In this document: one piece after another, positions 38,721 to 51,531 of the stretch
Layout: the number at the start of each line of letters is the position of its first letter
How positions within the stretch are numbered: the stretch's first letter is position 1
Assembly (NCBI RefSeq): GCF_036321535.1
Contig: NC_087436.1
Coordinates: 35,280,001 to 35,344,000 of the forward strand
Direction: 5' to 3'
Length of the DNA stretch: 64,000 bases
Origin: Camelus dromedarius
Lineage: Eukaryota
Translations under genes and position numbers: made by a program
The notes under the pieces: model-generated
What the model saw: only the letters and a program-made list of their open reading frames with translations
The model's database searches: none
Told to the model about the DNA's origin: nothing

Positions 38721-39509
38721 GTCACACACTGATATGGAAATTTATCACCACCTCTCCTACTTAATGCATAATATATTTATTTGGTTATTTAAACATTAAC
38801 ATTTTCTTAACATTAAACAAACAGCATTCCTCTAAGTAGCCACAATATTTATAAAATTAACAAATAAAAATTCATGTATTTAACAAATTTCCTCATTATC
38901 TGCAAAACTACTTAATAAAATCCTTCAAAACATCCAATTAAAACTTTAAATCTAGCCTATCCATTTCTCTTAAATGCATTAGACATTATAATTAGAAGAA
39001 AAAACACAGAAATGTTATTACATAGAAAGAAGATACAAACTTAATATTCTGGATTTAAGTTTCTTTTGCATGACTGTAATTCTTCTTGCTAACTTTTGCT
39101 TTTTATAATTTCCTGGAGTTACCTTCCCAACAATGCAGTAATTCTACCAGACTCAAAAGAAAAGCCACACTGTCTCAGACTAGCTGCGGTTGCAGAATCT
39201 GGAATGCCAACCTGTTGATCCTTGGTTGGTACAGAACTTGACTGCACGGTCTGAGATGATTCTCATCTGAGCCTCTAGCTCTTAAGCAGTGTCTTGTTGT
39301 GTAAGAAAGTGTCTATTGCTACCTCATAGGACTTGTCAGTCCATTCCTTTCACATGAATGTTAATTTTATGAAGCTTGAGGCTTCCGAAGTGTTGCTGTA
39401 ACTTCAGTTTCTGTATAACCGCCATCAACTAACTCATTGTTCTGCTCTTGCGTCCTGTTGCCCTGGTCAGTTAGTACTATTGCAGACTTACCCGTGCCTT
39501 ACCCGTATC

Positions 39510-41050
39510 TCACCACCATTTTCATCACTGACTGTGATGTTAGCTGTAGGGTTTTTGTGGATACCGTTTATCACATTGATGAGGCTACTTTTGAAAGTTA
39601 TAGATAGCTGAGAGTTTTTGTTATCAATGACTATTGAATTGTATCAAATATTTTTACTCATTTATTGAAAAGACTACATGATTTTTTCTTTGTTATCCTG
39701 TTGATGTTGTGTATTATAGTGCTCATTTTAAAATGTTATATCAATCTTGCATTCCTAGGATAAAACCAGTGTTGTGCTGGAATAAGATTGTACCAACCCC
39801 TAACAGTCAATAGTTCAATTTTCAAGAATTCTTCTAGCTAGTTTTAAATACAGACATTATTAAATACTAAATTATATAAACTTAAGAAAAGAATGTATTA
39901 AAAACAAAAGAACTAAATCCTCAAAACTCATCACTTCCTAATTATTACATTTCACTATCACCTGTGCTCTTGAGGTGATTTTTATCTATTTTATCTGTAC
40001 GATGGAAATACTATGTAGTGGTATGCCTCCCTACTCCTGCTCAGTGATGTCACATTGATAGCTTAAACTCTCATGCTGGAAGTATTTGCACCATGATAAT
40101 AAGCAAATATTACAAATCAGAGCTTGATTTATTGTTTTATTGATTATCTATCCTTATAAAAGTGAGGAAGAAAAAGCTAATAATGCTGATTTAACTTAAA
40201 AGTGTGTGTGTCTAGCCATTATATTGTGTATAAGACAAAACTGCTTAAACTAACTTCCAGTATTTGAAAACCATTAGTTGATTCAGCAAAAAATGGTGCT
40301 CATATTATTGATGAATGGGTGAAGTCCTACTACACTTTGTTATTTCACTTTTGTCTTACTCATTAACGTAAACCAAAATATCAACCAACATTTATATTGA
40401 AACTGCACTTATTCATCTGTTGCAACCATAGGTTGTCAACAAATATAGTTCAGTAAAAATCAATAAAATCAATGAGACTAATTAACTATATGGAATTAAC
40501 AATAAAAGTAATTTATATTTTATTAAGATTTATAGATCTTATAGTAAACATCCTTTATATCAGTAAATTTATAATGAACTTGTGTGTGCCTATGTATATA
40601 TAATATCCATATATCCCTTTTTAATTTGGAGAGCCAGGTGTTAAATATTTATCAGCAAATCACTGGATAAAATGCATTCCATCATGATGTACTTCTGTTC
40701 TTTTAATATAACTGGACCTGATTATTAGTATACAATTTAAATTTTTTTCTATATGGGTCCATGGGGGATATTGGTATGTGCTTTTTTCCCTTTTTTGTAA
40801 TGTCCTTGCCTGTTTTGTATTGGGTTTATATTGGCTTAATGAAATGAATTAGAAATATCCTCCCCTTGCCTTTTTTTGTCAACAAGTTTGAATGAGGTTA
40901 TTATTATTTTTTCTGTAAATGTATATTAGAATTAACCTGTCAAGCCATTTGTAACTAGAGATTTGGGATTTTTTTGGCAGGAAAGTCTTTAATTACAGAT
41001 TCAATTTCTATAATACATATACATCTACTTAGACTTTATGTATATTCTAT
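39510..41050 (-). mobile_element. Old L1 ORF2 fragment interrupted by MER63
   Basis: tttcatcactgactgtgatgttagctgtagggtttttgtggataccgtttatca...cttgcattcctaggataaaa, resuming after 40673 with catcatgatgta...gatattggtatgtgcttttttcc. Confidence 0.8.
39767..40665 (+). mobile_element. MER63-family (hAT-Blackjack) DNA transposon
   Basis: Termini cagtgttgtgctgg ... tcagcaaatcactg; internal ctcaaaactcatcacttcctaattatt; 8-bp TSD gataaaac (39759-39766) / gataaaat (40666-40673). Confidence 0.85.
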
Positions 41051-41238
41051 GTGCATTCAAAATACATTTCTTATCTCAATTTATACCATAGTTGCTTTTC
41101 TGGATGACACAAAGTATATCAAAAATGTGTAAAAATATTCAAGATTATTTTTAGCTAGGATTAGAGATTAGACTCAGATAACTGTAAACAGTATTTCATA
41201 TAATGCAGGGGGTAGACATTTGAAAGCCATGAGTGTTA

Positions 41239-41425
41239 AGAGAATTATATGATCTGGAGTAAAGTTGTATTTATTCTCCTCAATATTTACACCTTTAAAT
41301 TTTTAAAACTTCAATTTTCTTCAATATACTATTCTTTCCTCAATATATTGTTCTTTCTTCAATACACTATTGAATAAGTACTTCAATACAATTTTTAATA
41401 AAAATGGAGACAGTTAAAAAAAAAA
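41239..41425 (+). mobile_element. Short L1-mediated insertion lacking sense L1/SINE sequence (orphan transduction or truncated retrocopy)
   Basis: 17-bp TSD gaaagccatgagtgtta (41222-41238) / gaaatccatgagtgtta (41426-41442); AATAAA at 41397-41402; A10 at 41416-41425. Confidence 0.85.
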
Positions 41426-41629
41426 GAAATCCATGAGTGTTACGGGACAACTTTTTTTGTACAACACAGTTCTGTGTTTGTGGGACATCTAGAAACCCTG
41501 GTTAATGTCTTGTATTGACTACTCATTGTCTTCATATTTCAAATTTCCATGGGCCTAGCTAAAATTTGAAAGGATAGAGTGATGAGAGTGGGTCTGATGG
41601 CATAGAACTAATACTCTTTGACAAAATCT

Positions 41630-43300
41630 GCCTCTTTGGCTACTCAAACAGACATTTATATTCTTCCCCTCCATGGAACACACCCTCTCCATGCCAAAGA
41701 AATGACCCTAAATTCTATCCAGTGACTACATTTAACTCCAGTTCTGAGATTGCTTAGTCCTAATGTGCTTCTTGTGGTTCGATGATTCATAAACTAAAAT
41801 GCAAGGCATCTGCCTTCAGTATACCCACTACAAAACACTGGAGAAAGAACAAAATAATCTTAGTAAAGTTACTCTCTAGTAACAGTTAAGTAGTAGATGC
41901 AATAGTTTCTGATCCATAACAATCATTAAGTTTGGCTAGTCAGGAAAGCAAAGACTCCAGCCCCTACTGGTGGAGTTAAACTCCTTCTTTAGCCCACCTA
42001 GAAGCCATGGTTACTTTCTCTGGAAAGTTTTTCTATAGCAAATAGGCTTTAAAGCGGCCCTTATGATCCCACTTCCTGGTGGTCACACCTTTGTATGATC
42101 TTCACCCCTTGAGTGTGGGTCAGATCCGCAACTTACTTTGAACCAAAAGAACACGGCAAATGTGATGGGATGTCACTCCCATAACTACATTACATTCTGT
42201 AAGACTCCTTCTTGCTAGCAGACTGATTTGTTCCCTCTGTTCTCTCTCTCTCCATTGCAAGGTGTCATAAAATGAATGGCCACTTGGAGAAGCCTACATG
42301 TCGAGGAACCATGAGCAGCTTCTAGGAGCTGAGGGCTGGCTTCAGCAATAAACTGAAACCATTAGTCCTGCAGCCACAGAGAAATGAATTCTGCCAACAA
42401 TCTGAAGGAGCTCAGAAGCAGATTCTCGCCAAGTCTCCAGATGAAGATGCAATCCAGCCTACCTGTTCGGACACTTGGAGCCAAGGGCCAGCTAAGTCAC
42501 ACCTGGTCACCTGACTCACAGGAATGTGAGTAATACATGTGTTTTGATTTTAAGTCAATAAGTTTGCAGCAGTTTGTTATACAGCATTGAAAACTAATAC
42601 ACTCTTTTATCAGCTGTCCATGAGACCGGTGGCTCTGCCCTGAGGAAGATTCTTGCTTGTTCGCAACTGAGGTGTGAACTGGGTGAAGCTGGGGGTCTAG
42701 AGGCTGCTAGTGTCTTTAAAACTCCTTCCTGCAGCTCTAAGTTAGGTGTCCAGCTACTCTCAGGCTGTAGGCTTATTTGTTGTTTCTGTTTGGTTGGGTT
42801 TTGTTCAGCACTGTAATTCTCTCTAAAGTTCAGTACACTTCTTTTTAATTGGCTTCAAGTCAGTTTCATGTTTGAATAACCACAGCCAAGTGTCTTTCTA
42901 GAAATTTAAATGCAAAGTCTCTTGTCTTTTACTTAATGGACTGTCCTCTCATTCTCCCAGCTGCTCCACGTAACTGCTACTGATTTGAGGCTTTCCAAAA
43001 TAATGGTTTTGCATAGAAAGGCAATACAGTTAATTTCATCTCTGCCAGTAGATTGCTTATAGCCTCTTCAGTTTTTCACTCACTGTTTATAGCAACTTCA
43101 ATTTGGGGTGCAAAAACAGTTGGATTTTTTTACCTAACAAGATTTCAAATTACAGAACACTTGGGCAATTTAGACATCTGAGTCAGATACTGCCTCCCCC
43201 CAGCAAAATCACATATCCTGAGTGGCCACTCTGGCTTGAATTCCTTTCTCTCCATAGCACTTTGCTAAATGCTTCCAGGCAACCAACATGACTTACTGAA
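41630..43300 (-). mobile_element. Very old MaLR-internal-like sequence hosting the 42035-42601 LTR
   Basis: ccaaagaaatgaccctaaattctatccagtgactacattt, gtatacccactacaaaacactggagaaagaacaaaataatc resemble antisense MLT1-int. Confidence 0.4.
42035..42601 (+). mobile_element. MLT1E/F-like solo LTR
   Basis: atgatcccacttcctggtggtcacacctttgtatgatc...ccccttgagtgtggg...gaaatgaattctgccaacaatctgaaggagct...cagcattgaaaactaataca. Confidence 0.85.
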
Positions 43301-43467
43301 TCTTTCCTACAACTTCCCCTAATGATATGGCTCCTGGCAGTTCTTGCAAGACCTTCTATTATAGGTGGCAATCGGTGCCCAGAAAAGAAAAAAAAAAGGA
43401 AGTTCTTTTACCCAGGAAGAAGAAAGGGTGGATGTTGGGGTTGAATACTAGCAATGACTGCCATGGG

Positions 43468-43910
43468 TATTGTATTCGTTTTCTATTACTACAGAGCAAA
43501 TCATCACCAAACATGGTGGGTTTTGAATAATCAGCCATTCTATTTTCCTGTGATTCCATGGGATCAGTTGGAAAGTTCTTTTTTAAGTCTTTTCTGGCTA
43601 ATTAATGAGGTCACTTGTGAAGCTGCAGTCAGCTGTGGGTTGTCTGGGGCTGGTTGGTCTAGGAGTCTGAACAGGTATGGTTCCTCTTCCAACTCTGTCT
43701 TCCAATAGGCTAGCCTTGGCTTCCTCACATGGTGACCTCAAAGAGAGCAAAAATAGAAGCTACAAGACTTCTCAGAGGCTAGACTCAGAACTGGCACATC
43801 ATTTCCACAACATTCTGTCTGTCAAAGCAAGCCTTAATGCCAGCTCAGATTTAAGGATATGGGGAAACAGACTCTACCTCTTGATGGGAGGAGTTGCAAT
43901 AAATTTTTAA
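43468..43910 (-). mobile_element. MLT1F/G-like LTR
   Basis: tgtattcgttttctattact...gctgcagtcagctg...gaggctagactcagaactggcacatcatttccac...ctctacctcttgatgggaggagttgcaa. Confidence 0.8.
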
Positions 43911-44204
43911 TCATTATAGGTATTAAATCAATACTTACAGAGCAAAGAAAATAATTAGTAAAGAAAAGAAGGAGAACAAAGAAAAAGAAAGGAGAGAAAG
44001 AGGGACAAAAGAGGGGAAAAGGAAGGGGAGAAAAGAATATTCTCAGACATATTGAAAAGTAAAATACAGGGGAAAATACTCAGGATATAATAAAGCCAGT
44101 GCCCTTAATACAGAGAAATAACATTTAATAAATTTTAAAATAATAAAGTAATGATCATAAATTTAAAAAATTGTGAAGTTGAATTATATTTACAACACTC
44201 AACC

Positions 44205-44742
44205 TGTTTCACTTATCTAATGTTATACAGAAAATTACCCCAAATTTAGTGGCACAAGCAACCATCTATTCTTCTCACAGCTTCTGTGGGTCAGGAATTT
44301 GTAAAGAGCTTGAGTGAGGGGATTTGCCTGGGGGTCTATCAATTGTGGTCAGATGTCAGTTGGAGCAGCAGTCTTCTCAAAACTTGTCTGAGGCCGGAAG
44401 TTCCATTCCCAGGGTGTCTGACTATCACAGCTGATAATTGGTACTGGTTTTTGGACCAGGGACCCCATTTCTCCACAAAGAAATTACCTCTCTATTACCT
44501 GTCTGAATATGTTTGGCTAGTGGCATGGTGGCTAGCTTCTGCAAGAGCAAGCAATCCAAAAGGCCAAAGCAAAAGCTGCAATGACTTTTATGATCAAATT
44601 TCAGAAGTCACACACTGTCAATTTCACTGCAATTTACTGGTCACATAACAACAAACCTGATTTAATATGGAGGATTATATGCAAGCATGGAACAAGGAGG
44701 CAGACATCACTGGGGGCTGTCTTGGAGACTGGGCACCACAAC
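44205..44742 (-). mobile_element. MLT1-family LTR
   Basis: aaattaccccaaatttagtggc...tctcacagcttctgtgggtcaggaattt...tcagaagtcacacactgtcaatttcactgc...catcactgggggctgtcttggagactggg. Confidence 0.8.
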
Positions 44743-45122
44743 CAGAAAAGATTTTTTAATGTGAAATATACAATTTAATATTTAAACCAACAAAACCTAA
44801 AAACAGGAATAACGCTATGAGATTCAAAATTATTGTCTGTGAGGTAAGGCAATGATAAAAGGTTTATTTCAAGTACAAAATTTACAAATGGAAATTCCAA
44901 GTGTCACTGAATCTCTTTTACTGTTTAATTATGTGAAAGAGGACAACGGGAGGAAAAAACACATGTGCATCTGTCTCTCAGTCGGTAGGCAAGATCCTTT
45001 CACATTTTCATTTGACAGAAGAACTCAGTAAAATATCTCCAAGCAAAAATAACCTCTGTAGAAATTTTGGCTTCATGTAAGATTTATCTCTTCTGATAGG
45101 CCAGTGAGCAAAAATAGCCCAC

Positions 45123-45504
45123 TGTTATGGACTGAATCATTTCTTTCCCAAATTAGTAATATTGAAGCCCTGACCCCTAAAGTGTCTGCATTTGAAGATG
45201 GAGCCTTTATGGAGGTAATTAGGGTTAAATGAGGTCATAAGGGTGGATCCCAAACCCATATGACTGGTGTCCTTATAAGGGAGAGAAATAGCAAGGATGT
45301 GCATGTACAGAGGAAGGACCATGTGGAGACACAGTGAGACGGTGGCCATCTGCAACACAAGGAGAGTGGCCTCAGCAGAAACCAAACCTACTGGTACCTT
45401 GATCTTGGACTTCCAGCCTCCAGAACTATGAGAAAATAAAAACCTGTTGTTTAAGTCACTCGGGTTGTGGTATTTTGCTATGGCAGACCTAGAAAACTAA
45501 CACA
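45123..45504 (+). mobile_element. MLT1A-like solo LTR, complete
   Basis: tgttatggactgaat...gggttaaatgaggtcataagggtgg...cttgatcttggacttccagcctccagaact...aactaacaca; TG...CA ends; 5-bp TSD cccac (45118-45122 / 45505-45509). Confidence 0.92.
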
Positions 45505-46739
45505 CCCACCAACATTTAAAATACATTTGAAATTAACAAGAGAAAACTGGTTGGTAGCATAAACGTTAAAAATGGGTTCCCTGTTTGGGGGTTTAGATTC
45601 CCTGTCTGGTATTTAATCTTTACCTTAGATAAATCTTTGACACTTCCAAATATAGAGATATCTATGGCATAAAAATGTAGTAGCTAGGGACTTGGATTTG
45701 TGTTAACTTTAAATATTAATGTTGACAAACTAGCATTTCAACCAAATTGGTCATTTATCTGAAAGCTTTGACTATCACTATTATTTTTTTTAATTTTTAA
45801 ATTTATTTTTTCAACATAGATTCCTAGGTGCAGAATTTCTGTTTTGAAGTATGGGTATGTTTTTTGAGTCTCGGCCATTATTGGAAGCAGAGTTGCACTG
45901 CCATTTACAGTGCTATAACAAAGGGAGGGCAGTTGGGTAAGAAATGCCTTTTCTGGTTGCCAGTGGAGATGGAAAACTGTCAGGCTGTTCCCTGTGTGTC
46001 TGCTCAGCAGCTGGCCTGGCCTAAGGCTTCTTGTCTTCCAGACATTCTGTTTTCAGAGAGAGCAACCCTCCTTTGCAAAAGGCCCCAAACTAGCAGAATT
46101 GGGCCCCTCTGATATACCTATTTCCTCTCACTTGTATTTACCTAAGAAATTTTGTGCATAGAAAGGAAAGAATGGAAAAGATACTCACTGCAAGACAGGA
46201 ATGAGATTTGTGTTGTCACTGCCTTCTAAGTATCTTAAAACACAGCTGAATGGAGAAGGATTATGGAATAGTAAAATGCTGTCTAAAATATTCAGCGAAT
46301 GAATAGCATGAGACATTTACCATAAAAATAACACTGAACCAAAGAAGCAATTCCTTCACTGAGTGCACCCACAACTAACCTTAATATTGCTGTGAGAAAT
46401 CTGTTAATAAATGGCACTGCAGTGGGTCAAGAAACTTTTTATTTTTGTTGAGTCTTAAGACCATCCCTTCTTAAGGGTAGTAGTCATTTGTCACCAGAGT
46501 TTTGTTGTTAACACTTGTAGCAACTTTTTAGAAATAAGTTACTGTAGTTTATCATCTATCTTGAAGTTCTCCTAGGGTTAATTTAGTTTTTAAAGTCTAA
46601 ACCCTGAATGTATTTTTATTTATTAGGTCCAGAAAAAGATACCATTTTTGTTATAATATTCTAGTTTTTAGAGCCACATCTGGGTGAGATACGGGTATTC
46701 ATGGATTAAGTAGACTATTAGCCAAGAGAAAAGAAGTAA

Positions 46740-46900
46740 AAAAGCAGAGTGGTTTGTAATTTTTTTTTAAGTGAGATCTAGAGTTTAAAAAGTTAACTTC
46801 TGTTCCCAGATGTGTTACTACGAACTACGTGACTAACACATTAGGAAAGTCACTTCACATCTTTGAATGTTCTTCCTTGTCTGTATAAAAACATCTAAGA
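46740..46900 (+). mobile_element. MIR fragment
   Basis: actacgtgact...aggaaagtcacttcacatctttgaatgttcttccttgtctgtataaa. Confidence 0.55.
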
Positions 46901-47984
46901 TTGTGGTGTTAATCTACTGTGGAAACATATCAGTGTTTCCCACGTGGGAGGAAGTCTCGGTAACACGCTTGTCGGAGCAGGGAAGTGTGTGCTGTGGAGC
47001 AAGTCAGGGGAGGCTCCACCCAGGATCAAGGAGATGGGCCCGCCTGAGCCACCAGTAGTCCTTTTGCATGTGTGACCAAGAAATCTTCACAGAGAAAAAC
47101 TCCTCTTGAGAAGAGAAAATCAGGCTCTTGAGCCAGCATTGCCGATCTCTCAGTTGTCAGCGGAGACCAAGTCTGAGACAGTCCTGGCTGCTGCCCCATG
47201 AACTTACACTGAAATCTTAGCTGAAGCAGAGACTATGTGTAAAAGCAGAGACATAACCATGAATAACGGTTTCTTAGAAACTCTTGTAAAACATTTAGAG
47301 ATTAAATGATGTTTGTATGGAACAGGTATGACAATTTACAATTATGGAGAAAGAGACATTTTTCCCTACTTCTACTTGGAAAATAGCATAGTGTCCAGGC
47401 AGTAATGGCTCCAGCAAACACAAGAGACCTTCATGCACCCACAGTTCAGCCCTCCAAAAGCAGCAAAGAAGATGTGACTTGGCTTGGTGAGAGAGAACAC
47501 AGCTTCCCCGGCACAGGTATCAGGTCCTCAGAGTGGACTCCAAGCAAAGTGACACCTTCAGACCAGTTTAGAACATCAGCTAAAACACTTTTGGCAAGTG
47601 GACTTAGAATGGTATTGATAATTGAGTATGTACATAATATAGTTTTTCAGACATTTTTCAATCCAGCGTATCACACAACCAGGGCAGGCAGAAGAAAGGG
47701 AAGCATACTCCACTTCAATAAAACAAGCATGCTCTAGACTTCTGTTTCTCAAACTGTCTTCTGTGGAACATAATTCCCCACAAATTAATGAAGGCAAAAT
47801 TGGGGTTTGCCAGAATGTTAAGACAAGATATTAAAAAAAGAATTGGGAGAGATGATAGACCTAAAGGACTGAAGAATGGAGAGAAAACTTAGAATTCTAG
47901 CCATTTCTGAGTGGAAAAACAAGAATAACTTGAACAGAAGGAATAAAAAACAATTAAGGTAAGCTTATCTGAACTGAAGAATAT

Positions 47985-48190
47985 TCTCTTTTAATATGTG
48001 CTCTTAACTAGGTGCCAGGCACTCTTTTAAATACTTTAGCTGAATTGTCTCGTTTAATTCTTAAAATAATCCTCTGAGTTAGTTTACATTAGTCTCATCT
48101 GGAGAGAAGGAAACTGAGCTTTCTAATGGTTAAATGGGTGCTCACTATACTGTTCCTGGGACTACGAGTCAGAGAAGAATATAGTCTTAA
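47985..48190 (-). mobile_element. MIR
   Basis: taggtgccaggcactcttttaaatacttt...tcgtttaattcttaaaataatcctctgag...gagaaggaaactgag. Confidence 0.75.
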
Positions 48191-48201
48191 TGTCTTGACA
48201 T

Positions 48202-48244
48202 ACACACGCACGCACACGCACACGCACACGCACACGCACACACA
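48202..48244. repeat. (CACACG)n/(CA)n microsatellite
   Basis: acacacgcacgcacacgcacacgcacacgcacacgcacacaca. Confidence 0.95.
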
Positions 48245-48559
48245 AAGGAGTTTACCATGGACTCCAGGAAAAAATGTATAAACAGACATAACTCAGACAC
48301 ATTTTTATATGACTACACATAAAAGTATGGAAAAATCCAGGAAGAACTAGTATATTAATTATAAAGTAAAAAGAGTGGGCTATCTCAGATATCTTCTGTA
48401 AAGCAGTAAATATTGGAAAACAAAAGGAGCAACATAGTTTTGAGAAAAAAAAAGACAATAACCAGTGTGTCCTTTGTATCTGCATCAATATACACATAAA
48501 GAGTCATAAAATACATGACACAGGTGGTCTTCTAAAATATAAAGGGCTAGAGATGAATA

Positions 48560-50040
48560 AAAATTAAGAACTGAAGAATATGGATGACAAAATATAATTT
48601 AAAACAATTAATCATATAAGTAAATCTAAACAATTGTAAGTCTAACTACAAAATTAAAGGCAGTTTTTAAAAGTGGCCTTAGAAGATACATAATTTCAAA
48701 TTTAACTTTGTGTATTAATCTGGATTTAAAATAATAAAGTTTCTCATGTCATGTGAAAAAAAAATCTAATCTTAATTTTTTTATAACCCAAATTTCTGAA
48801 AAGTTATACAGGATAGTTAAAAGCACAAGCTTGAGAGAGATTTATTAGGCAAAGGCAAAGGTTATAAAATCAATTCAGCCAAAAGAGATTTCAAGGTAAA
48901 AAATATACATAACAGGAAAAAGAAGGTTATCTAATACTGATAAGAAGAGATAACAGCTATGAAAGTTTATGAGCAGAATAATATGTCATAGAGATATACA
49001 AAATCAAAATGAAGTTTAAAAATGTTGAAATGTTAACATTGAAAGAAATGTTAGGAAATGAAGTAAAACAAACCTATGAATATCATAATGGGGACTTTAA
49101 ATAAGGTTGCCTTGTGCAACTTTATGTATAAATCTTCATAGGACTTAGAGCACCCTAAGTTGAATTAACTACTTACTGAGGTCTCATGGTACATTCACAG
49201 GTGTTATTTTCTCATAGGAAAAACTCAATTAATTCCAAAATGCTGAAAATATATGTATTTTCAAATAATACAGGAAATTTTTTTAAGTTATACATAAGAT
49301 ATTACCAACAACAAAAAAAAGGCCAACGCATGCAGACTTGAAAATGTCCTTAAATAACTCTAGTGCCAATGAGGTATATAAAATTACAACTAAAATAATA
49401 TTAAGACACTAAGGGTGACAGTGCTATACTTGAAACCTATGGGTTACCCAAAGCTATGTGCTCAGTTGAAACCATAACTGTAAATATGTTGGCTATTGAA
49501 GAACCCTTTGAATGGACAAATCTTCAATCTACATTCCTATTTCTGGACTGCTCTTGCTCTCACCTCCCCTTAAATAGGTAGTTCTTCATTTCTACAATTA
49601 GTTGCTTAGCATTGATTAATTTCCACTCAAATGTCATTTTTCCCAAGAAAGCCCTACCTTATATCCCAAACCATATCAGTTCATACCATTATTTGTAACA
49701 CATTTTATTTTGATTACTGATTCATAAAATAAGAGCAGGTTGCTATGAAAAAGGAGCAGGGAAAAAGACTTAATGGAAATTAAAATTAAAATTCCCAGAA
49801 TGTAAAAGTAAACACAAGGGCTGGAAGATACATTTGAGGAATTCCCTTACAACAAAGAGCAAAAGGACAAGGCAAAAAAGCAAACAAGAGAATTCAATTC
49901 AGGAGACCGGAAACTTAACAATTAAGAGTTCCCAAAAGAGGGAAAAGAAAAAAAAAAGGGGAGGGAGAGGGCTTAAAAGAAATATTACAAATAAAATTTT
50001 CCAAAACTGAAGAGAGTAATCAATCTTATATTAAAACTGT
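48560..50040 (+). mobile_element. Patchwork of very old L1 fragments (ORF2 endonuclease-like about 48560-49500, ORF1/HAL1-like about 49725-50040) with an L2 piece between
   Basis: aagaagagataacagctatgaaagtttatgagc...; aagggctggaagatacatttgaggaattccc...aagagttcccaaaagagg...aaaattttccaaaactgaag. Confidence 0.55.
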
Positions 50041-50759
50041 TAAATGTTTACAGTGGACAGCTTTTCACCAAATGGACTCAAACAGCCCATCGGACTACCT
50101 GGAAGCCCTTTTCTTCTATTAAACCCACTTCCAGGTACTTCATCATTTTCTGATTGGTGGACTTGGCCTCTGACTGGCCTACTCAGAGAGCTCCAAGCCT
50201 CACATCCGGGGGTGGGAGAGGACCCTGCTGTTGGGGGAAATCAGTGCGGAAGGCGGACATCCTCCAGTCAGGTCTGCATGGGTAGAAGTGCCACAGCGTG
50301 CTCAGAAACTATACCGTCATCACCCCTGGGCTCCCTTGGACTGGTCGCACATTAACCAAACCCATGAGACACTGATGCAAGAAAACCAGAAACTTAACTT
50401 ATTAATGTAACAGAAGATGTGAAACTATGAACCAGGCTGAAATATCAGAGTTCAACTATGAGTACATTTTCTCCTCCACGGCCCAATCATGGGCAGGCAG
50501 TCACATGGCAAGCATGGACAGAAGCAGAGCAGGAAGGGTTTCTAGATTAACTCAATGGACTAAATTTCTGTTATATGAACAGATCTACTGCCTGGAAAAC
50601 AATTAACTCTAATCACGGTGCACTCTTCGTGGACAGTGGCCGAGACACGACTGTGAGCACCTGTGTGACTCTCCTTTCCCTGTCCTTTCTGGGCTAACTG
50701 ATGCACAGAGGTACAGAGATCCACGGATGCAGATACCCCTAAACACCCAAAGCCCATCT

Positions 50760-50995
50760 CTGTGAGCCTCAAAACCAGACAGCCAGGGTTTAAATACCAC
50801 CTCTGCCACTTACTAGTTCTGTGACCTTGGCCAACTTACATGCCCTCTTCCTGCCTCAATTTCCACACTGTAAAACTAGGATAACAATCAAACCTTCCTT
50901 ACTCGCTTGTTGAGAAGATTGAAGGATTCATTTCTGTAAAACTCTCAGAAAAGAATGTAGCACATTTTTGGTGCTCAAGAAATGTCAACTTAATA
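50760..50995 (+). mobile_element. MIR
   Basis: ctctgccacttactagttctgtgaccttggccaacttacatgccctcttcctgcctcaatttcc...tgtaaaactaggataacaat. Confidence 0.85.
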
Positions 50996-51259
50996 TTAAA
51001 GTGATTTACAAAAAAAAATGGTTGAAGCAATTTCATCTTAAATTGATTTTATATAAATTTGAAAACAACATGAATGAGAACATTAAGAATGAAATGAAAA
51101 ATTATGTACATTTTTTCCTTTATGTTCTTTTTTATAAACCTCTCAATATTTTCCAAAATGATGCATGAAAACCCCTGCATGTCTCTCCCTGCTCCAATGC
51201 AAACACTGTCTCTTCTCCTGAACTTGGTGGGTTTCCAGAGAAGCAGGCAGGACCTGGAG

Positions 51260-51494
51260 CAGGTCTGGGACTAGCATGAGATGAGTGAGGCCCTCACCTC
51301 AGGTATAAAAGTTAAGTTGTACCCCAAAACTCAGTAACTAAGATAAGTAATACCTTAATTCAGCATTTTAAAAAATCAAAAGTAATACAAAAAATCCATG
51401 ATGAACAAAATATCAAAATTTTTAATAAAGGCATGAGTAGAATTACTGAATTTTCTTTTTGCCTCAGGTTTCAGTGTGGTTCAGCACAGCACTG
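51260..51494 (+). mobile_element. ORSL-like hAT-Tip100 non-autonomous DNA transposon
   Basis: caggtctgggactagcatgagatgagtgaggccctcacctcagg...aaaactcagtaactaagataa...aaaaatccatgatgaacaaaatatcaaaatt...ttgcctcagg...cagcactg. Confidence 0.7.
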
Positions 51495-51531
51495 CTGGTG
51501 AGCATGAACAAATCTTAGAATCTGTGGTATC

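Noticed and set aside
50050..50750. GC-richer block with a 103-aa ORF
   Set aside because: No protein motif; looks like an old antisense LTR/internal fragment that I could not assign.
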